Assembly (NCBI RefSeq): GCF_006345805.1
Contig: NC_043015.1
Location: 22,010,001-22,074,000 of the forward strand
From: Octopus sinensis
Taxonomy: Eukaryota
Direction of reading: 5' to 3'
Length of the DNA: 64,000 bases
Part shown: positions 56,728-64,000 of the stretch, piece after piece
How the letters are laid out: each line of letters starts with the position of its first letter
Position numbering within the stretch: position 1 is the first letter of the stretch
Position numbers and translations under genes: made by a program
The notes under the pieces: generated by a model
Told to the model about the DNA's origin: nothing
Database searches by the model: none
Seen by the model: the letters and a program-made list of their open reading frames with translations, nothing else

Positions 56728-57320
56728 ACCTCTGTCTCCTTTCTTGGCATTTCGGTCAACATACATCACTCCACTCTCACCATCTCAATCCACTAAAAAC
56801 ACATATACTCACATTCATATCTCAACTTCTCCTCCTCCTTCTACCCTAAATACACTAAGCTTTCCATCCGCTATTCCCAATTCCTCCGTCTACGCAGCAT
56901 CTGTAGTGATGACTATGACTTTGAGACTCAGTCTCAACTCATGGATCGCCACTTCATCCTACGTGGATATCCCCTCACAACTATCCACACCGCCCTTGCC
57001 AGAGCACTTCCGTGGAGCGTGCATCTACTCTCTCCCCCCGAACCTGACCCGCCGTCTCCTGCCTCCCGTTTCCTCTCACCTACCACCCAACCACCTTACC
57101 TCTCCAACGCACAATTATCCGAGCTTTCCGGCGACTCCACTCCGATCCCTCCACTTCGCACATCTTCCCTAACCGACCCATTTCATCCTTCAAACGAGCC
57201 CACAACTTACGAGACCTCTTGGTCCACAGCTTCTTCCCTAACTCAACTCTTTGCAACACCTGTCCGTGTTCGGATTGTCCTTGCACGTGGGCCATCCGGA
57301 CTCCCGTTTGCGCTGTGAAA
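56728..57320 (+). pseudogene. Penelope-like element: RT C-terminus and linker toward GIY-YIG
   Basis: SFLGISV...SHSYLNFSSSFYPKYTKLSIRYSQFLRLRSICSDDYDF...LRGYP; after a frameshift PLTYHP...DPSTSHIFPNRPISSFKRAHNLRDLLVHS...CPCSDCPCT. Confidence 0.9.
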
Positions 57321-58089
57321 AAAACACCTGTGTGCTTGTATTACGGCAGATCCATCCGATTAATTCGGTGGTACCATACATCAGTATTTTTATCTGGTAA
57401 CATGTTTACTGATAATAGGAAGATATAAATATGTGGGAAACAAATGAAACAAACCAAAATTATTTGGTAGAATGTGCATTCGGATGTTGATACCGAAAGA
57501 GACTGGGAAAGTGTTTTCTGAACTCTGTTCTCTTTGTTATCGAAGAGGCTATGTGACCAAAAGCTTGTTGTCATGCCGTAAGTAAGACGAAGATAAAAAA
57601 TACGTATATTAGTTTGATATTTATTAAGGCGTTCAAAATGTATAATATGCATCAAGATAGTTTCTTTTAATTAACTAATTTGAAAATTATTTAAAATAAA
57701 AAGAAAAGAAAACTACCGAATTGGAAAAGCGTTACGAATTATCGTGTAATTATTTAAATGTGGGATTTTATATAAATACAGTGTAGAGTGTTTAACGAAA
57801 AACACTTTTCGTGAAGTCTTCTCCGGCTGCACAACTTCCAGTGTCATAATTCAGCCGGGAAAGTATTAATAAATCAGTGGACAGATGTAAGAATAAGGGG
57901 AAATAAATGGATTCGATAATCAAAAAGTGGACAGCGAAACGCGCACACTCACAGACTCATACACACTCACACACGCATAAAGAACATACACCCACACACG
58001 TATATGCATCGATGAATATGTGCAGACACACACGCGCGCGGGCATACGAAACACAAACATACGTATATACATATACATACATATATATA

Positions 58090-58181
<92 letters not shown>

Positions 58182-58353
58182 ATGTGTGTAAGTGTATATC
58201 CACAAGATGGCTTGCAAATCTAAGTGCAGAGGCAGAACAAAACTATTAGCGTTGAATGATATTGCACCACAGGATTCAGCTTCTATTTAAATATTGGTCA
58301 GGTTGACCTTTGAATCGAAATCATCATCATCATCATCGCCATCATTATCGTCT

Positions 58354-58423
<70 letters not shown>

Positions 58424-59329
58424 GACTCACACAGATATGTGTATGTTTGAATGTGTGAATAATTATTCAAGTATATATCTGTATATCTGTGAGTGTGCGA
58501 GTGTGTGGTGTGTTTTTGCGTATGTAACTTTAAAGATTACCAGTTATATCAATAAAACTCATTACAAACTGTTTCATACACACACACACACACACATGCA
58601 CAAACACGCACACACACATATATATTCGTAGATGCATCCGTGTGCATTTATGCATGCATGCATCTATTTAAATAAACATGAGCTTGCAACTATCATCGAT
58701 AGGAAGACAAGTTTGTGATTGCGTTACATCTCTTTATTAACATCAGGCTAACTAGCATTAGCGCAGAATTTAATTATTAAATTGGCGTTAAGAAAAGCAT
58801 GTCGAATTAAATGTGTAATGATGGCTCGATAACCTTATTTGTATGAAACACCAGGTGTCACAATGATTCGTATACTCCCAGGGTTAATAACGTAAAGAGG
58901 CAAACCACTGTTGCATATTTTATTAACGTTTGCAACAATATGGAAATTCGCTACATTGTTACTTATTACCATCACAACACCATCACTCTAGCACCCACAC
59001 CACCACTACCACTAACAACCTTACTACTACTGCCACTACTACTACTATTACTACTACTACTACCACTGCTGCTGTTACTGCTTCTGTTACTGCTGCTGTT
59101 GCTGCTGCTATTGCTGTTGTTACTCTGTCTCAGTGATATTCGGTAATGCCTTTTGTTATCAATTTACTGAGTGACATAAACAAATTTTTCAGTTTCGCAC
59201 GACGCAAACGGACTGATGCGCGCGCACACAAACATTTCATACAGTGCAATATTTGCAGTCGCCCGTCTTTTATACCAAGACAAAACAATGTACATGACAA
59301 CGCTTCCGATCATTTAAGATCAAAAGGCG

Positions 59330-60115
59330 TCAAACCCAGTGTCGTCGCACAGATCCTAACGCTGGAGATGTACTACGTTGCCAGCTGTTCGCTACCAGTG
59401 AACTAAGGTAACACCCCTTATTTTTCGAGCACCCTCCTGAGTATTCAAGCGGTTCCAAGTTGTGTTGTTTTTTCTGCAAGTGCTCCACCCTTATTGCAGC
59501 CCCTATTTGTTCCCTGTGCTTCTCAAGATTTTTACTCACTGTTCCCAGGGCTCTTTCTTTCTCAATTAAGATTATGTCTGGTTTCATATTCTCTATCACA
59601 CGGTCGCTGGGAATCATAAAATCCCATAGGATTTTGTATTATCATTTTTCATCCTACACAAGTCTGACCTTCTTAATTCCAGTAATACCATGCTATGTTG
59701 TTTTCTTCTGTTCTAATGCTGTGTTCACATTCAATGAGTCCTCTTCCACCTTTATTGGTACACACAGTCTGTCTGTGTCACTTTTTCGGTGGAGTATCCC
59801 ATATCTAATCAACGACTTCCTTGTCTTTCTGTGTACGCTGTTTAGTTCGTCTACGCCCCATGCGATTACACTTGCTCCATATCTAAGGAGTGAAACCGCC
59901 CAGGTGTTGATAGGTTCGGTAGATGGAGCGAAGGTCACCAATGGGTCTTCGTATTTCTGTGCAATCAGGAAACAATCTCAGGAAATCTCGGACAGAGGCG
60001 TTCCTCGATTATCTCTAGAGGTCTTGTTGTATCAGGAGGGTCCCTACCTCTTCCATCCTCCCTGCCTTTTTGTTTTTACTTTTGCATGCTACGCGTATGT
60101 CACTTCTTTTTCAGT
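59330..60115 (-). mobile_element. R4/Dong-clade non-LTR element (REL endonuclease), heavily deleted
   Basis: INTWAVSLLRYGA..I.W..DEL...RKTRK.L..YG.LH.KSDTDRL; YKILWDF...DRVIEN.KPDIILIEK; ALGTV...IGAAIRVEHLQK. Confidence 0.8.
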
Positions 60116-60278
60116 CTAAATCGTGTATACTTAATTTTTTATCACTTTATTATTATATGTAAATCCCCACATTTCATGTCTCTCTCTGTATTGTCCCCCT
60201 CATAATTCGTCCTTGTGGCAAATAAATGAAATCATCATTATTATTATTATTATTGTTGTTGTTGTTGTTGTTGTGTGA

Positions 60279-60598
60279 AGGCGCGTGGTTTAATGATTAC
60301 GGCATTCCACTCACAATCGTAAGGTCGTGAGTTCAATTCCCTGCGACAGGTTGTGTCCTTGAGCAAGACACTGTATTTCCCGTTGTTCCAGGCCAGTCCG
60401 TTGGCAAAAACGAGTAGTACCTATATTTTAAAGTGCTAGCCTTGTCACATTATGTCACACTGAATCTCCCTGAGAACTGTGTTAAGTGTACACCTGTCTG
60501 TGGAGTGCTCAGCCACTTGCACGTTAAATTCCTCTACAAGATGCTCCGTTGACGCACCATCTGGGATCCTCGCCGTCGTAACCGACGGAGTGCTCCTA
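60279..60598 (+). mobile_element. tRNA-derived SINE family C
   Basis: GGCGCGTGGTTTAATG (A-box-like), GAGTTCAATTCC (B-box), GTTGTGTCCTTGAGCAAGACACT core-like word. Confidence 0.75.
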
Positions 60599-60610
60599 TG
60601 TTATTATTAC

Positions 60611-60648
<38 letters not shown>

Positions 60649-61036
60649 TATGATTATTATTATTATTGTTATTTTATTACAAAAGGTGTTGAGCCGCCAG
60701 AATTTGCAGATACGTGTATAAATATATTTGTAGGAGTCAGGGATTTGCTTCCCTTATCCTAACATTCATAGAGACTCGCAAACACGCATGTACACGCACA
60801 CGCACACGCACACACACATGCATACATACATTCATACGTACATACGGTGGCGAGAAGCAAGTAGTATACTTCGATTGGCATGTACTAATAGGTATGCAAA
60901 ATGAGTGCTTAGTTATATTTAGCTGTGAAGCTCCGTCTGAAGTGCAATTGGAAATGAGGTGTTGTATGTAAATGTATGTAAATATGTGTGCGTGTGTGTA
61001 TGCATACATACATATATTATACACACACACACATAC

Positions 61037-61105
<69 letters not shown>

Positions 61106-61159
61106 ATATATGAATTTAATATGCATCTATGTAAATATATAATATCAATGTCTCCGCTT

Positions 61160-64000
61160 GGAGCTACTGGTAACATGTAACCCAGTACAACCTGTTACAT
61201 GGTCGGGTCATTGGCGGCTAAACTGGCAACCCCACCAAGCTTTCTTGGTGAAGAGGGTGATTTGGACACCCAGCAGGACTAAAAGAAACCTGTCAAAGGG
61301 CAGAGGAACTATCTCATGAAATAATGGCCATCCAAAAACCTACATAAATCCGGAGTGGAGCCACTAAGGCGGTTGGATTGCGCATGCGTGCCACCTTCCG
61401 GTGGCTCCTGCATCCTGGGCTACCCCCAGCCGTCTTGACTGGATTCGGCGCACCAGGACGAGAGAGTGAGGCTGATCCTGCGCAAGTCACCCTCACTATA
61501 ATCCAAGTCACGCGCACGTCATGACATCATGACACCAACATCACAAAGTCCTGTGGCGATGGGGAAACGGCGAAGTAGCAGGTGAGGATACACTGGGAGC
61601 TGCAGTCGTGAACCCACACACAGGCGGCTCAGGACATGTGGTCGCCCCTCAATGAACTGAGGCAGCAGTGGAGTCCGGCAGCCTCCTGAGTGACCGAGCA
61701 GCCCTCTTCAGGATCGCTCTGCTCGCCTCTGCAGCATGAGGACGGGGCTAGAAAATGTTGCCCTAAACATAGCCTGCCTCACCTCACCCTGGTCAGCAAA
61801 CCGTGGCTGGCGGGGATCCTTTCCAAGCGGTCGAAACAAAGAAAGGAAACGAACAAAGGTGCTCACTTTCGCAACTTGGAACGTGAGAAATCTGCTTGAC
61901 AACACCAAAGCGGACAGACCAGAGAGACGAACTGCCCTGGTGGCCAGAGAACTGAGCCGATACAATGTCGATATCGCAGCACTGAGCGAGACCCGCCTTT
62001 CGGACAAAGGCCAGCTGACAGAGACAGGCGGCAGCTACACTTTCTTTTGGAGTGGTTGCAGCAGCGAAGAGCGTCGTGAGGCTGGTGTTGGTTTTGCCAT
62101 CAAGTCAGTACACGTGCGGAAACTGGAAAGCTCCCCCGAGGGTATCAACGATCGGCTGATGAAGATGCAGCTCCCACTTGGAAACAAGACTAGTGCGACC
62201 ATCATCAGCGCTTACAACCCCACCATGACCAACCCTGAAGAAGTTAAGGACAGGTTCTATGAGGAACTCGACTCCCTCATCACGTCAGTCCAGCCTGGGA
62301 AGCTCATCCTCCTTGGGGACTTTAACGCCCGTGTCGGGACTGACCACCAAGCCTGGCATCGCGTACTGGGAAAGCAAGGAATCGGAAAGTGCAACAACAA
62401 CGTGCAGCTCCCCCTGCGGGCGTGCGCCTCTCATGATCTTACCATCGCCAACACCTTGTTCCGTCTGCCAACACGCAACAAGACATCATGGATGCATCCA
62501 CGCTCCAAACACTGGCATCTGATAGATTACGTCATCGTCAGGGCGAAAGACAGGCGGGACGTGAGACTCGTCAAGGCCAAGTGTGGAGCTGATTGCTGGA
62601 CGGACCATCGCCTTATCATCTCCAGGATGGATTTCTACATCCAACCTAAGAGAAGACCACATGGTCAGAAAGGGACGAGGAAGCTTAACATCACGAAATT
62701 AAAGAACCAGCTGACTGCACAAGATCTCCAGTCACGTATGGACAGCAAGCTGTTAGACATTCGGAATGACCAGTCCAGCATCGATGAGCAGTGGGAATCA
62801 TTCAGGGACACGGTTCATTCCATCGCCCTTGAAACTCTAGGCCAATTTACGAGGAACCACCAGGACTGGTTCAACGAAAACGACCAGGAAATCCAAAACC
62901 TCCTGGAAGGGAAACGCCGTCTGCTGCGGGCCCACCAAAATGACACCACCTGCACGGCAAAGAAGGCTGCTTTCAACAACATTCGCAGCACAGTCCAGGC
63001 AAAACTCAGCCTCATGCAAGATTCAGGGATACGCAGACAAACACGACACCAAGAAATTCTACGAGGAGCTGAAAGCTGTCTATGGACCGCAGTCCTCCTT
63101 TGGATCAACCCCCCTGCTCAGCTCGGATGGAACCTCACTCCTGACTAACAAGAGGCTGATCCTGGAGGCATTTCAACATCGTGCTCTACCGACCAGCCCA
63201 GATCAACGAGGAAGCCATCCCACGACTCACCCAGGTGCCGACAAAACACGAGCTGGCTGTTCCCCCTGCAGTCGAGGAAGTGAGCAGAGCCATAAAAAAA
63301 AATGTCCACCGGCAAAGCTCCAGGCTCTGACGCCATCCCTGAAGAGGTGTTCAAGTCGGGCGGCCCCGCCATGATCAGTCAGCTCACCAGCCTGTTCCAG
63401 TCGATGTGGGACAGAGAACAACTCCCTCAAGATTTCCGGGACGCAACAATCGTCCACATTTATAAGCGGAAAGGAGATCGGCAGTCCTGCGACAACCACC
63501 GAGGAATCTCCCTCTTGTACATAGCAGGCAAGATCCTGGGCCGAGTCCTGCTTGACCGCCTTCTGGAACACTTGGAGCAAGGCCTTCTCCCTGAGAGCCA
63601 GTGTGACTTCCGCGCCGGTCGAGGAACCACTGACATGATATTCGCCGCCCGCCAGCTCCAGGAGAAATGTATGGAGCAGCACCTTGACCTCTGCATGACC
63701 TTTGTTAACCTCACCTGGGCTTTCGATACAGTCAGTCGGGAGGGACTCTGAAAGGTCATGGGAAAATTTGGTTGCCCCAGCAAATTTATTGCAATTGTCT
63801 GCCAGTTCCACAACGGAATGACAGCCAGAGTCCTTGAAGACGGCAACTCATCTGAAGCCTTCCAGGTGACCAACGGAGTCAGGCAGGCTGTGTCCTGGCC
63901 GCAACACTGTTCAGCATCATGTTCTCGGCAATGCTGTCCGACGCCTTCAGGGACTGCAAGTCCGGTATCGACATCAAGTACAGGACGGACGGGAAATTTT
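61160..64000 (+). mobile_element. RTE-clade (BovB-like) LINE, 5' end present, runs off the window
   Basis: Abrupt shift to GC-richer, microsatellite-free DNA; structured 5' UTR; APE plus RT coding. Confidence 0.92.
61736..64000 (+). pseudogene. RTE ORF: apurinic-like endonuclease and reverse transcriptase, disrupted
   Basis: TWNVR, ALSETR, LGDFNARVG, HWHLIDYVIV, TDHRL; GKAPGSDAIPEE, NHRGISLL, QCDFRAGRGTTDMIF, FDTVSREGL*; frameshifts near 63025, 63175, 63300 and 63885, TGA at 63749-63751. Confidence 0.92.

Overview
AT-rich, extremely microsatellite-dense eukaryotic DNA, intergenic or intronic. By its SINE families and (TA)n/(CA)n load it most resembles a cephalopod (Octopus-like) genome; this is inference, no search was run. 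No host protein-coding gene can be supported, and nearly all ORFs in the supplied track are translations of simple repeats. The window is a transposon graveyard. It holds at least three tRNA-derived SINE families and LINE relics (RTE, CR1/L2-like, R4/Dong-like). It also holds a Penelope-like (PLE) RT fragment, four Tc1/mariner relics, a Chapaev3-like DNA transposon with both ends and a 3-bp TSD, a Helentron-associated HINE, and a young, GC-richer but frameshifted RTE LINE running off the right edge. The most interesting signal is a set of type I hammerhead ribozyme (HHR) motifs in small non-coding elements embedded in (TA)n runs. The first is at 24710-24767 (minus), inside a 466-bp unit present as a near-identical ~1.5-mer (24462-25171). 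The second is at 15031-15073 (plus), with a GUC cleavage site, inside a ~390-bp element with 40-bp inverted arms. Several decayed relatives occur elsewhere. These look like retrozyme-like or PLE-derived self-cleaving RNA elements. In both best motifs stem II is imperfect, so activity is untested.
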